Assembly (NCBI GenBank): GCA_038128265.1
Contig: JAYPJE010000007.1
Span: 8,384 to 72,383 of the forward strand
DNA: 64,000 nucleotides
Direction of reading: 5' to 3'
Source: Gemmatimonadota bacterium
GTDB taxonomy: Bacteria > Latescibacterota > UBA2968 > UBA8231
Part shown: positions 36,641-45,010 of the stretch, piece after piece
How positions within the stretch are numbered: position 1 is the stretch's first letter
How the letters are laid out: every line of letters starts with the position of its first letter
The notes under the pieces: generated by a model
Seen by the model: only the letters and a program-made list of their open reading frames with translations
Databases searched by the model: none
What the model was told of the DNA's origin: nothing
Translations under genes and position numbers: made by a program

Positions 36641-37056
36641 GCCGTTTAATGCGGCGCTGGGAAGAGGAAGTCGAAGAGCACGATATTAGCAAGGAGCTCT
36701 TTCTCGGCATCATGATGCTGATGCTTTGCCTCGGCATTATGATTCTCAATGCGACGCAGCCGGTTTGGCGCGTCCATCGGCACGACCCGCAGCCCGATGA
36801 TATTGTCGTTCTCTACACGCGCGATGGATTGGGGCTCTCGCAGGATGGCTACACCATTGCCCAGCAGCTAGGCGAGTCCAGCTTTCAAAAACTGGTGCGC
36901 GGGATGGTAAGCGACCCCGAAGCGGATTTACATCTCTTCTTAAAGGGAGGAAGCCGCGATCAGCTGGTGCGGCATGCTTCGTTTGCCGATTCGCTGCTGT
37001 CGACGGACCAGGCCGGGAACAAAGTGCGCACGGCCGTCTACGTGCATACGTGGTAG
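36637..37056 (+). CDS. Small single-TM protein in the ExbD/TolR/MotB position (139 aa), no recognisable ExbD motif
   Basis: It has an ATGA overlap with the MotA-like gene. An acidic N-terminus (WEEEVEEHDISKE) precedes the TM helix LFLGIMMLMLCLGIMIL and a periplasmic domain of about 95 aa. Confidence 0.45.
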   Translation: MSRLMRRWEEEVEEHDISKELFLGIMMLMLCLGIMILNATQPVWRVHRHDPQPDDIVVLYTRDGLGLSQDGYTIAQQLGESSFQKLVRGMVSDPEADLHLFLKGGSRDQLVRHASFADSLLSTDQAGNKVRTAVYVHTW

Positions 37057-37063
37057 CAAAACA

Positions 37064-37104
37064 AATAGAGGGGATGGGACCATAGCAAGCCCACCCCCTC
37101 TATT
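37064..37104. terminator. Stem-loop between convergent genes (terminator for the minus-strand gene, possibly bidirectional)
   Basis: AATAGAGGGGATGGG / CCCACCCCCTCTATT form 15 bp with one mismatch and an 11-nt loop. On the minus strand it is followed by TTTGTTTTG. Confidence 0.5.
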
Positions 37105-37121
37105 GACATCAAATTGGACGG

Positions 37122-37940
37122 TTAGTTTTCGATAACGGCTAGGACATCGGTGCCGGTGACCATTTCGTTCAAAAAGGTAATGGTGGTTTGTCCATCGGCC
37201 GTTTTGAGCGTGTAATCATCGCCCTTTTTCAAGGTGCCATAGCGATCGGCTAGTGCCTTGACCTTACCCGTTACGACGAGCTCGGTGCCAACGGGTACCA
37301 GCTGCACGCCGGGGTCTTCGGGGTCGACCTTCTTTACCAGCTTGTACTGCTTGCGGAAGGCGCTGCCAAAGGGACGACTGGTATCGAGGTAGCCATTTTC
37401 CTGTAGAAATTTCTCGCTTCCGGCATAGAGCCGCACCGAACGCTGTGCGGCTTTGAGCGTCGATACTTGGTCCTGCGTTTGGGCCAAATCCATTTCTAGC
37501 TGGCGAATGTGGTCGCTCTGGCGGCGAATAGAGGTATGGGCTTCCAGAAGGACTGTATTGAGGCTGTCGGCCTGGCCGCGCAGTCCGGCAATCGTGCGGC
37601 TGTCGGCTTGCTTATCCTCTTTTAGGCGGCGGATTTCTGCCTGTAGTCGATCGTTTTGCTGTCTGCGCTGTTCGGCCAAGTTGCGGAACTCGCGCAGCGA
37701 TTTATTAAGTCCCTGCACGTCGCTGATGAGTTTTTCATTGACGTGCTGTGCGCTGTCGGCTTTGGCGCGCATTGCGTCTAATAGCAGATTGGAGTCGTCG
37801 AGCGTATAGGTGAGCGAATCAATCGCTGCGTTGGCCGAGTTGAGGTCTGTCTGCAGCTGGGCCAGCATCTGCTCCTGTTCTTCGTTGGCACAGGCTGTCA
37901 ACAGCACAACAGTGCAGAAAAAGGCGATAGTGCGTAACAT
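37122..37940 (-). CDS. Coiled-coil lipoprotein, hypothetical
   Basis: The lipobox is in MLRTIAFFCTVVLLTAC. About 150 aa of heptad-like sequence follows (LQAEIRRLKEDKQ..), then a C-terminal beta-rich domain. Confidence 0.6.
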   Translation of the reverse strand: MLRTIAFFCTVVLLTACANEEQEQMLAQLQTDLNSANAAIDSLTYTLDDSNLLLDAMRAKADSAQHVNEKLISDVQGLNKSLREFRNLAEQRRQQNDRLQAEIRRLKEDKQADSRTIAGLRGQADSLNTVLLEAHTSIRRQSDHIRQLEMDLAQTQDQVSTLKAAQRSVRLYAGSEKFLQENGYLDTSRPFGSAFRKQYKLVKKVDPEDPGVQLVPVGTELVVTGKVKALADRYGTLKKGDDYTLKTADGQTTITFLNEMVTGTDVLAVIEN

Positions 37941-37957
37941 ATGAGCTCCTTTGGGCT

Positions 37958-38791
37958 TTATTTAAATTCTTTGCTGTAGAGGCTGTCGATTTCGGCCATG
38001 GTCTTGTTCAAATCGTCGTAGAGCGAGGCCTGATTGCGTGCCAGTGCATCGATTTTCTGCGCCGTCAAATCCTGTATTTCACGAGTTGTGTTGACCTTGC
38101 CGAGCAGCGTGTTGTGCTTCGAGTCCAGGGAGGCCGTCGTCGTGCTGAGCTTGGCCAAGTCGCCCTGCATCGCTCCTAGCTGTTTTTGCACCGTTTGCTG
38201 TGCGCGACGCTGGGTTTCTGTAAACTCCCGATAGCGCTGATCCTCTTGGACAAAGCGATCCTCCAGCCTTTTGTTGGTTTGCTGCTGGTAGGCTAGCCTG
38301 GCACGGCGCTCGGCTTCGAGCTTGGATTCGAGTGCGCTATTGGCCTCTGTTTGATCGGCTAAGTTTTGGCGCGTTCGCTCGTGGTTGCTGCGCTCGTTTT
38401 GCAAGTCGCGGCGCACTTCGAACTCGGACTGCGTCAAGTTCGCTTTTTCTTCCAGCTGCGCTGCGAGTCGAGCACTGAGCGCGTTGAGCCGCGAAGAAAA
38501 CTCATTCATCTGGTCGTTGAGCTCTTGGCGGTGCTCTTTCTGGCGCTCGTGATTGGTATACAGCACCAAGCCCATAACGCACCCGGCCACAAGCGTCGCA
38601 TAGGCGCCCAGCAGAAAGATATGCTTGCGCTCAAACATGTCGACGACGCGGAGCAGACCGATAATACCGCCCCAAATAAGAACAATGCCGCCCGCAATTG
38701 CGGCGATTATTACGTTCAACGGGCTAACCCTCGTTTGCCATGTGTCAGGGGATACATAGGCAAAAATAACACGGTCCACAGTGCGGCGCAA
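37958..38791 (-). CDS. Membrane-anchored coiled-coil protein, hypothetical
   Basis: Two TM helices are present (NVIIAAIAGGIVLIWGGIIGLL, IFLLGAYATLVAGCVMGLVLY). A coiled coil of about 190 aa follows, rich in Q/E/R/L. Confidence 0.55.
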   Translation of the reverse strand: MRRTVDRVIFAYVSPDTWQTRVSPLNVIIAAIAGGIVLIWGGIIGLLRVVDMFERKHIFLLGAYATLVAGCVMGLVLYTNHERQKEHRQELNDQMNEFSSRLNALSARLAAQLEEKANLTQSEFEVRRDLQNERSNHERTRQNLADQTEANSALESKLEAERRARLAYQQQTNKRLEDRFVQEDQRYREFTETQRRAQQTVQKQLGAMQGDLAKLSTTTASLDSKHNTLLGKVNTTREIQDLTAQKIDALARNQASLYDDLNKTMAEIDSLYSKEFK

Positions 38792-38938
38792 ACGCCAATA
38801 TAAATCGCAAACAAATTACCTTGCCGTTGCAAAAAAGGCGTTTGCCCGTAATGTTTTAAAATGTGCTGAGGTTGGATATTCTTGAAGAATTGGTTAACGG
38901 GGGAACAGAATGTGCCGTCAAAAAAGGTCACGCGTGTG

Positions 38939-40567
38939 ATGCGGAATATGCTGTGGGCAAAGACGCTTTTAGTGATTGGGGCAACCGCGCTCTGTGCCCA
39001 ACAGGTCGAGTTTGTCGACGTCACGCGCGATGTCGGCATTAACTTTACCCATCACAATGGGGTAAGCGAAGAAAAACGCCTGCCGGAGACGGATGGGTCC
39101 GGGGCCGCTTTTTTCGACTATGACGGGGATGGCGACCTCGATCTCTATTTCGTAAATAGCGGCGACCTCATAGAGGGGCGGGGGCAGTGGAGTAATGCGC
39201 TTTACCGCAATGACGGGGCGCTGTTTGCGGACGTTACGCAGGCGACGAATACGGCCGGAGAGCACTACGGTATGGGAGTTGTTGCCGCCGATTACGACAA
39301 CGACGGCGATGCCGATATGTACCTGACCAACTGGGGCGAAGATGCGCTTTACCGCAACGACGGGGGGGTGTTTAGCGACGCAACGCGCGCAGCGGGTATC
39401 TCCAATAGGGGGTGGGGAAGTAGTGCGGCATTTTTTGATTACGATAACGATGGGGATCTCGACCTTTTTGTGGTGAACTACGTCGACTTTACCTTGGAGA
39501 CGCATAAGTGGTGCGGTCACGAGGCGCTTGGGCTGCGCTTTTACTGCGATCCGCGCCAGCACAACCCTACGGTTGATCGACTCTTTCGCAACGAAGGAGA
39601 TGGCACCTTTTCCGATATTGGCGAACAGGTCGGCATTGTCAAAAGGGGAAACGGGCTGGGGCTAGTGTGCTGGGACTACGATAACGACGGCGATCAGGAC
39701 GTATACGTGGCCAACGATATGGAGGCCAACTTTCTCTACGAGAACGGGGGCGACGGCCAGTTTGTTGAGGTGGGCTTGCTTTCTGGCACGGCGCTCAGCG
39801 CCGACGGAGCGGCGCAGGCCGGAATGGGGGTAGATACGGGGGATTTTGACGGCGACGGCGATCTGGATCTTTTTGTGACCAACTATCAGTTGGAAAACAA
39901 CGCCCTCTATCGCAACGATGGCCTCATGTTTACCGACGTCAGCTTTCGCACGGGCTTGGGGGAAATTAGCCTTAACTACCTCGGGTTCGGCGCCCTCTTC
40001 ACCGACTTTGATAACGACGGTTGGCTCGATCTATTTGTTGCTAATGGCCATGTGCACGACAATATCGAGGCATACGATAAATTGGTCACCTATGCGCAGA
40101 AGGCACAGCTCTTTCGCAACGAAAAGGGCACGTTTAGCGAGTACACTGTCAACGCTGGACCCGCTTTTGCCGTCGACTACGTCGGGCGTGGCACGGCGCA
40201 GGGCGATTACGATGCCGATGGCGACATCGACCTAGTGCTGACCAATTCTGGGGAGCCGGCCGCCCTGCTGCGCAACGAGGGCGGCAATGCGGGCAACTGG
40301 TTGCAGATCGACTTAGAGGGGACAACCAGCAACCGCGACGCCATCGGAGCCATCGTGCGCATAGAGGCAGGGGGCCGAGTGCAAATGCAGCAGGTCAAGG
40401 CTGGTTCGGGGTACCAGTCGAGCAGCCAAAAAAGCCTGTTCTTTGGTCTGGGACGCACGGAGCAGGTCAAACGCATTACGGTCGAGTGGCCTTCCGGGGG
40501 CAAGCAGTCCAAAGGCGATGTTGCGGTAAATCAGTCGATATACATTGTTGAAGAGGCCACTCCCTAA
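38939..40567 (+). CDS. CRTAC1-family protein (FG-GAP/VCBS repeats plus C-terminal ASPIC/UnbV domain), secreted
   Basis: Signal peptide MRNMLWAKTLLVIGATALCAQ. Repeated FFDYDGDGDLDLYFVN, DYDNDGDADMYLTN and FDGDGDLDLFVTNY units are present. The C-terminal RDAIGAIVRIEAGGRVQMQQVKAGSGYQSSSQKSLFFGLG is typical of UnbV_ASPIC. Confidence 0.85.
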   Translation: MRNMLWAKTLLVIGATALCAQQVEFVDVTRDVGINFTHHNGVSEEKRLPETDGSGAAFFDYDGDGDLDLYFVNSGDLIEGRGQWSNALYRNDGALFADVTQATNTAGEHYGMGVVAADYDNDGDADMYLTNWGEDALYRNDGGVFSDATRAAGISNRGWGSSAAFFDYDNDGDLDLFVVNYVDFTLETHKWCGHEALGLRFYCDPRQHNPTVDRLFRNEGDGTFSDIGEQVGIVKRGNGLGLVCWDYDNDGDQDVYVANDMEANFLYENGGDGQFVEVGLLSGTALSADGAAQAGMGVDTGDFDGDGDLDLFVTNYQLENNALYRNDGLMFTDVSFRTGLGEISLNYLGFGALFTDFDNDGWLDLFVANGHVHDNIEAYDKLVTYAQKAQLFRNEKGTFSEYTVNAGPAFAVDYVGRGTAQGDYDADGDIDLVLTNSGEPAALLRNEGGNAGNWLQIDLEGTTSNRDAIGAIVRIEAGGRVQMQQVKAGSGYQSSSQKSLFFGLGRTEQVKRITVEWPSGGKQSKGDVAVNQSIYIVEEATP

Positions 40568-41905
40568 TCACTGCCGCTCATCGAGTTGGGCGAGCCGCTG
40601 TCGTATTTGTTCGCGCAGGGGATGACCAGGCGCCGTGCGCTCGAGGCTTTTTTGCCACGCCTGGCGCGCGCCTTCCGCACGGCCCGCATTGAATTCGCTC
40701 AGGCCAAAGGCATACCAACCGCGAGGGTCGTCGGGGGCTAGTTGCTGCACGCGCTCGTAGTACCCGCGTGCCTCTTGGCCGCGCGCAAGCAGTTCGAGTG
40801 CCACGGCGGCGTTGAGAAGCGTGGGAATGTGCTGGGGTTGGATGTGTAGGGCTGCTTTAAATAGGCGCAGGGCCGATAGGGGGCGTTCGTAGCGCAGCAT
40901 GAGGCCGCCCATTCTTCTAAGCTGTTCGGCATCGGCTCCCGGCAGTTCGCTCGCCAAGTCAAATAGATTTTCCGCTTCGCTCATAAAGCCGTGGCGGGCG
41001 AAAAATGCGCCCATCCTCTCGTGGTGAGAGGGCGATTCCGGTGCGTTGAGTATGGAGGCGCGCAGTTTCTTCATTTGCTTTGGCACATCGGGGTCGCCGC
41101 CCCCAATGCTCTGTAGCTGTTGGAACTTGCGCAGGCTCTGTCGGGCAAGGTCCCCTCGACCTGCGCGCCGTGCCAGTTGGGCCAAACGGTAGAAGCTTTC
41201 GGCAAAGCCGCTATCTAATTGAGTGGCTTGAACGAAAGCGGCTAAGGCGTCGCTATCGTTGCCCGACCCTTCGTAGGCGCGTCCTAAATAGTAGTGCAGC
41301 GTAGAGGCACGGGGGAATAGGCGGATGGCTTCGCTGAAATGTACGGCGGCTTCGTCAAAACGCTCCGTGCCGAGGTATACTTCGCCAAGACGGCGATGCA
41401 CTTCGGGTTGGTTGGGCGCGTGGACTAGCGCCTGTGCAAGGTAGCGCTCGGCCGATTCGTACTGGCCGAGTTTGGTATAGATACCGCCCAGGTTCAAATA
41501 GGTCAGAGCAAAATCGGGTCGCAGCGACCGTATGCGTTCCAATGCCTCAATGGCTAGGGCATAGCGCCCTTCCGAAGCGTGCGCGGTGGCCAAAATGTTG
41601 AGGAGATCGACCGAGGTAGAATCTACCGCCAATCCCGCCTGGCAGGCACTGACGGCTTCGACGTACTGCCCACGGGCCATATGCTCCTGCGCGCGCTGTA
41701 AGAAAGGGGTGGGCGATTGGGGTTGGGTGGGTGGAATCGGCTCGATGTGTCCGTCCTGCTGGGGGCTGTCGCCGCAGGAAAACCAAGTCAGTGTTAGCAG
41801 TAAGAGAAGGGCCTGGCGAAAGCCCGTTAGCGCATATAGGAGCGGGATACGCACGGTGTCTTGAAGCACTTTCGTATGAGGTAAGAGAAGGAACGGATTG
41901 CTCAT
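40568..41905 (-). CDS. TPR-repeat protein, probable lipoprotein
   Basis: The internal Met at 41905 gives ..ALLLLLTLTWFSCGDSPQ. Multiple TPR units follow (YLNLGGIYTKLGQYESAERYLAQAL etc.). The ORF-track start at 42016 would overlap the divergent gene. Confidence 0.7.
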   Translation of the reverse strand: MSNPFLLLPHTKVLQDTVRIPLLYALTGFRQALLLLLTLTWFSCGDSPQQDGHIEPIPPTQPQSPTPFLQRAQEHMARGQYVEAVSACQAGLAVDSTSVDLLNILATAHASEGRYALAIEALERIRSLRPDFALTYLNLGGIYTKLGQYESAERYLAQALVHAPNQPEVHRRLGEVYLGTERFDEAAVHFSEAIRLFPRASTLHYYLGRAYEGSGNDSDALAAFVQATQLDSGFAESFYRLAQLARRAGRGDLARQSLRKFQQLQSIGGGDPDVPKQMKKLRASILNAPESPSHHERMGAFFARHGFMSEAENLFDLASELPGADAEQLRRMGGLMLRYERPLSALRLFKAALHIQPQHIPTLLNAAVALELLARGQEARGYYERVQQLAPDDPRGWYAFGLSEFNAGRAEGARQAWQKSLERTAPGHPLREQIRQRLAQLDERQ

Positions 41906-42014
41906 CGTCGAGAACGGGGTGCGAAGAAGGATACGATTTACTGAGCAATATAAACTATTTTCGGGGGTATATTGAACGGCGGGGGAAGAAAATGCGTGGA
42001 GGCATGATGCTCTC

Positions 42015-43268
42015 ATGAGCGCAAAACAGAAAAAAGAGGAGCAACGCCAACGCCAGCAGCGCCAGCGGCGCCTAGGGGCAGGTATGGCTTTGCTCGTGGC
42101 TATTGGCTTGGGCGCTGGCTATTGGGATTGGCAGCGTAAAGTCGACGGACGAGAAGCCGTTGAATCCCTGCGGCGGGGCGATGGATTGATGGCGCAGGGG
42201 TATGCGCTACAGGCCGTTTCGCTCTACGAACGGGCGGTAGAATTGGCGCCAGAACAAGCAGAGGGATGGGCCAAAGTTGCCTCGGCGCATGCCGCTGCTG
42301 AACGCTTTGCAGAAGCGGCACCGCTTTACGAACGGGCCCTGGAACTGGATCCGGCACATTTCGAGGCGCGCATCGGCCTGGCCATATGCCGAGAGCGGCT
42401 CGGAGATTTTCTCGCAGCCGAGACACATTACAAAGCGGCTATTGAGCTCCGACCGACATTTGCCGAGATCTACTACAACCTGGGCTACCTGTACCAGCAG
42501 CAGCGATTGTATCAGAACGCAGCGCTGCAGTATGAGAAGGCACTAGAAATTAAGCCTAAATTTATCGGTGCATTGGCCAATCTGGGGTGGGTCTGGGACC
42601 GGCTACACGATCCGGGAAAGGCCGTTGAAATTTACCAGCGGGCGCTGAGTATAAAGCCCGATGAGGTGCCTATCTACGTCCGGCTCGGCGCCAGCTATAT
42701 GAGCATGAGCCAGTACGAGGACGCGAGATCGGCCTATGAGCGGGCGATGAGTTTGGGCGACGAGCGCCCGTCCGTTCTGCACGATTTGGGCATAATAAGC
42801 GAGCATGAGGGGGCACTTGAGGCGGCGCGTGGCTATTTCCGACGGGCACTGCAGCTGCAGCCGCGCGCAAGCGAAACGCATTTTCATCTGGCTGGTGTAA
42901 TGGATCGGTTGGGGGATCGGGTGGGTGCCGAGGTGCATTTCCGCCGGGCAATTTCACTAGATCCGGACGATGCCGGTGCCCACTATGGGTTGGCGCAGAT
43001 GCTTTTTGCTGAAGGGCGCGGCGAAGAGGGCCAGGCGTTGTTAAAAATTTTTGCTCAGCTCAAGGAGTATCAGGGCCGCCTAGTGCCGTTGAAGCGAGCG
43101 GTAGAACAGGCCCCGCGCGACGCGCAGGCCGCATACGATTTAGCCCAGCTGCACGTGGAATACGGGCGCGTGGAAAAAGGGGCTGCCATTCTGCGGCGCA
43201 TTCTCGAGCTAAATCCCGACTTTGCCGAGGCACAAAAACGCCTCGATGAGCTCGAAGAGCGGATGTAG
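42015..43268 (+). CDS. TPR-repeat protein with N-terminal membrane anchor
   Basis: A basic N-terminus precedes the TM (GMALLVAIGLGAGYW). At least 8 TPR units follow (YYNLGYLYQQQRLYQNAALQYEKALEIKP etc.). Confidence 0.75.
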   Translation: MSAKQKKEEQRQRQQRQRRLGAGMALLVAIGLGAGYWDWQRKVDGREAVESLRRGDGLMAQGYALQAVSLYERAVELAPEQAEGWAKVASAHAAAERFAEAAPLYERALELDPAHFEARIGLAICRERLGDFLAAETHYKAAIELRPTFAEIYYNLGYLYQQQRLYQNAALQYEKALEIKPKFIGALANLGWVWDRLHDPGKAVEIYQRALSIKPDEVPIYVRLGASYMSMSQYEDARSAYERAMSLGDERPSVLHDLGIISEHEGALEAARGYFRRALQLQPRASETHFHLAGVMDRLGDRVGAEVHFRRAISLDPDDAGAHYGLAQMLFAEGRGEEGQALLKIFAQLKEYQGRLVPLKRAVEQAPRDAQAAYDLAQLHVEYGRVEKGAAILRRILELNPDFAEAQKRLDELEERM

Positions 43269-43278
43269 GAAATCGGCC

Positions 43279-45006
43279 CTAAGGCTGGAGCGCGTAGGGG
43301 TTAGAGCGCAGGTCCACGGCCCTGTGGGATCCGTTCTGATAGACGACTAAGAGTTTGTTGGCCGGCACGTCCTGCAGGCGCTGGGTCGATCCGTCGGGCC
43401 AGGTGATGTCGACTGCGTCAACGCGCTCGGACTGGCCAAGGCCAAACTGCGCGCGCAGGTCGCTGTGTGACAGATAGCTTCCGGCGCCATTAATGCGCCG
43501 GCGCTGGCGGCGATCCCCGCTGGTAATCTCTATCAGAGCACCAACCCCGTCGCGGCTGCCGGCTTGGCCGACTAGCTGCACGTACAGCCAGTGTTGTCCA
43601 TTCCCACCCTCGTTGCGCATTAGCACGGCGCGATCATTCAAGTTGACAACTAGAATATCGAAATCGCCGTCGTTGTCATAGTCGCCAAAGGCGGCGCCTC
43701 TACTGACCTGTTCGAGCGCGAGGGCGTGTGCGGCTCCTTCCTGCTCAAAGCGCCCATTGCCCCGATTGGCAAAGAGCTGGTTGGGCTGTTTGTACGGCGA
43801 TCCCGTATCAATCCGTTCGACCTGTGGGTATACGTGGCCGTTGGCAACAAATACGTCCAACAGTCCGTCGTTGTCGAAATCAACAAAGCGCGTGCCCCAG
43901 CCCATCAGGTCGATGGTGGGTCCGGCTAGTCCAGCCGTGGTCGTTACGTCGGTAAAGCGCCGACCGTCTTCATTGCGGTACAGCGTGTTGGTTTCGCTAA
44001 AAAAGTGGGTGACGTATACGTCGGGATCGCCGTCGTTGTCGTAATCGGCAAAGTCCACGCCCATGCCCGCCTCGGTATCGCCGTCGGCATTGTAGGCAAC
44101 ACCGGCCATTAACGCGACGTCTTCAAAGGTGCCGTCGCCCCGATTGTGAAAAAGGACATTGGGCGTTTCGTCGTTGGCGATAAATAGGTCCATATGCCCG
44201 TCGCCGTTGTAGTCTTCAGGCACGACGCCGAGGCCGTAATAGCGGTTGGCGCGACCGACGCCAGATTGCTCGGTGACGTCGGTAAAGGACCCGTCGCCCT
44301 CGTTGCGGTAGAGCACGTCGGGAGCACCGACCAATCCCTTGGGGCCGCAGTAGACCTGCAGGCCTCCGTAAAAGGTGCACAGCTTGGGATTAGCCGGGCG
44401 ATTTTCGGCGTCAAAAACAACGTAATTGGTAACGTAGAGATCGAGATCGCCGTCGTTATCGTAGTCGAAAAAAGCCGAACTAGCGCTAAAACTGTTTCCA
44501 GCGGTGCCGGCTGCCTGAGTTTGGTCGACAAAGGTCCCAGCCCCCGTATTGAGGTAGAGAATATTGGCACCAAAGTTGGTAACGTAGAGATCGCGATAGC
44601 CATCGTTGTCGACGTCGCCGACGGCAATGCCCGTGCCCCAGCCGGCGTGGTCTGCACCAGAAGCGGCGCTGTGGTCGGCGTAATGCCCATCGCCGTCGTT
44701 GATGTAAAACTGGTTACCCGGCCCCGACTGGTCTTTGTAGGTGGAAAAGGTCGCCCCGTTGGGCAGGTATAAATCCAGGTCGCCGTCATTATCCGCGTCA
44801 AAAAAAGCGGCGCCGTTACCGTGGGCTTCCAGGACAAACTGCTTGTCGGAGCCGCCGCAGACATTCTCGTAATTAAGGCCGGCTGCCTGCGTTTGGTCGC
44901 TAAAATGGATCTGCGCTGACAGCGTGAGAGGGGCAAAAGAGATCCACAGTCCGGCAATAAGGCACTTGGTCAAATTCAACTCCCGGCGAGTGAGAAAACG
45001 CGGCAT
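43279..45006 (-). CDS. CRTAC1-family protein (FG-GAP/VCBS plus ASPIC/UnbV), secreted
   Basis: A signal-like N-terminus is followed by FFDADNDGDLDLYLPN, VGDVDNDGYRDLYVTN and FFDYDNDGDLDLYVTNY. The C-terminus is RDGVGALIEITSGDRRQRRRINGAGSYLSHSD. Confidence 0.85.
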   Translation of the reverse strand: MPRFLTRRELNLTKCLIAGLWISFAPLTLSAQIHFSDQTQAAGLNYENVCGGSDKQFVLEAHGNGAAFFDADNDGDLDLYLPNGATFSTYKDQSGPGNQFYINDGDGHYADHSAASGADHAGWGTGIAVGDVDNDGYRDLYVTNFGANILYLNTGAGTFVDQTQAAGTAGNSFSASSAFFDYDNDGDLDLYVTNYVVFDAENRPANPKLCTFYGGLQVYCGPKGLVGAPDVLYRNEGDGSFTDVTEQSGVGRANRYYGLGVVPEDYNGDGHMDLFIANDETPNVLFHNRGDGTFEDVALMAGVAYNADGDTEAGMGVDFADYDNDGDPDVYVTHFFSETNTLYRNEDGRRFTDVTTTAGLAGPTIDLMGWGTRFVDFDNDGLLDVFVANGHVYPQVERIDTGSPYKQPNQLFANRGNGRFEQEGAAHALALEQVSRGAAFGDYDNDGDFDILVVNLNDRAVLMRNEGGNGQHWLYVQLVGQAGSRDGVGALIEITSGDRRQRRRINGAGSYLSHSDLRAQFGLGQSERVDAVDITWPDGSTQRLQDVPANKLLVVYQNGSHRAVDLRSNPYALQP

Positions 45007-45010
45007 AGGT

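Noticed and set aside
33701-37056. Possibility that the MotA-like operon is a Zorya-type anti-phage defence system.
   Set aside because: The MotA-like protein is short (255 aa) and lacks the long ZorA tail. The partner has no OmpA/peptidoglycan-binding domain. No ZorC/ZorD-like, nuclease, helicase or ATPase genes are adjacent, and the flanking genes are housekeeping or envelope genes.
41906-42016. The ORF-track start at 42016 for the minus-strand TPR protein would create a 2-nt head-to-head overlap with the + TPR gene.
   Set aside because: The first 37 codons encode no signal or conserved sequence. The internal Met at 41905 gives a lipoprotein-like leader and leaves a normal 109-bp divergent promoter region.
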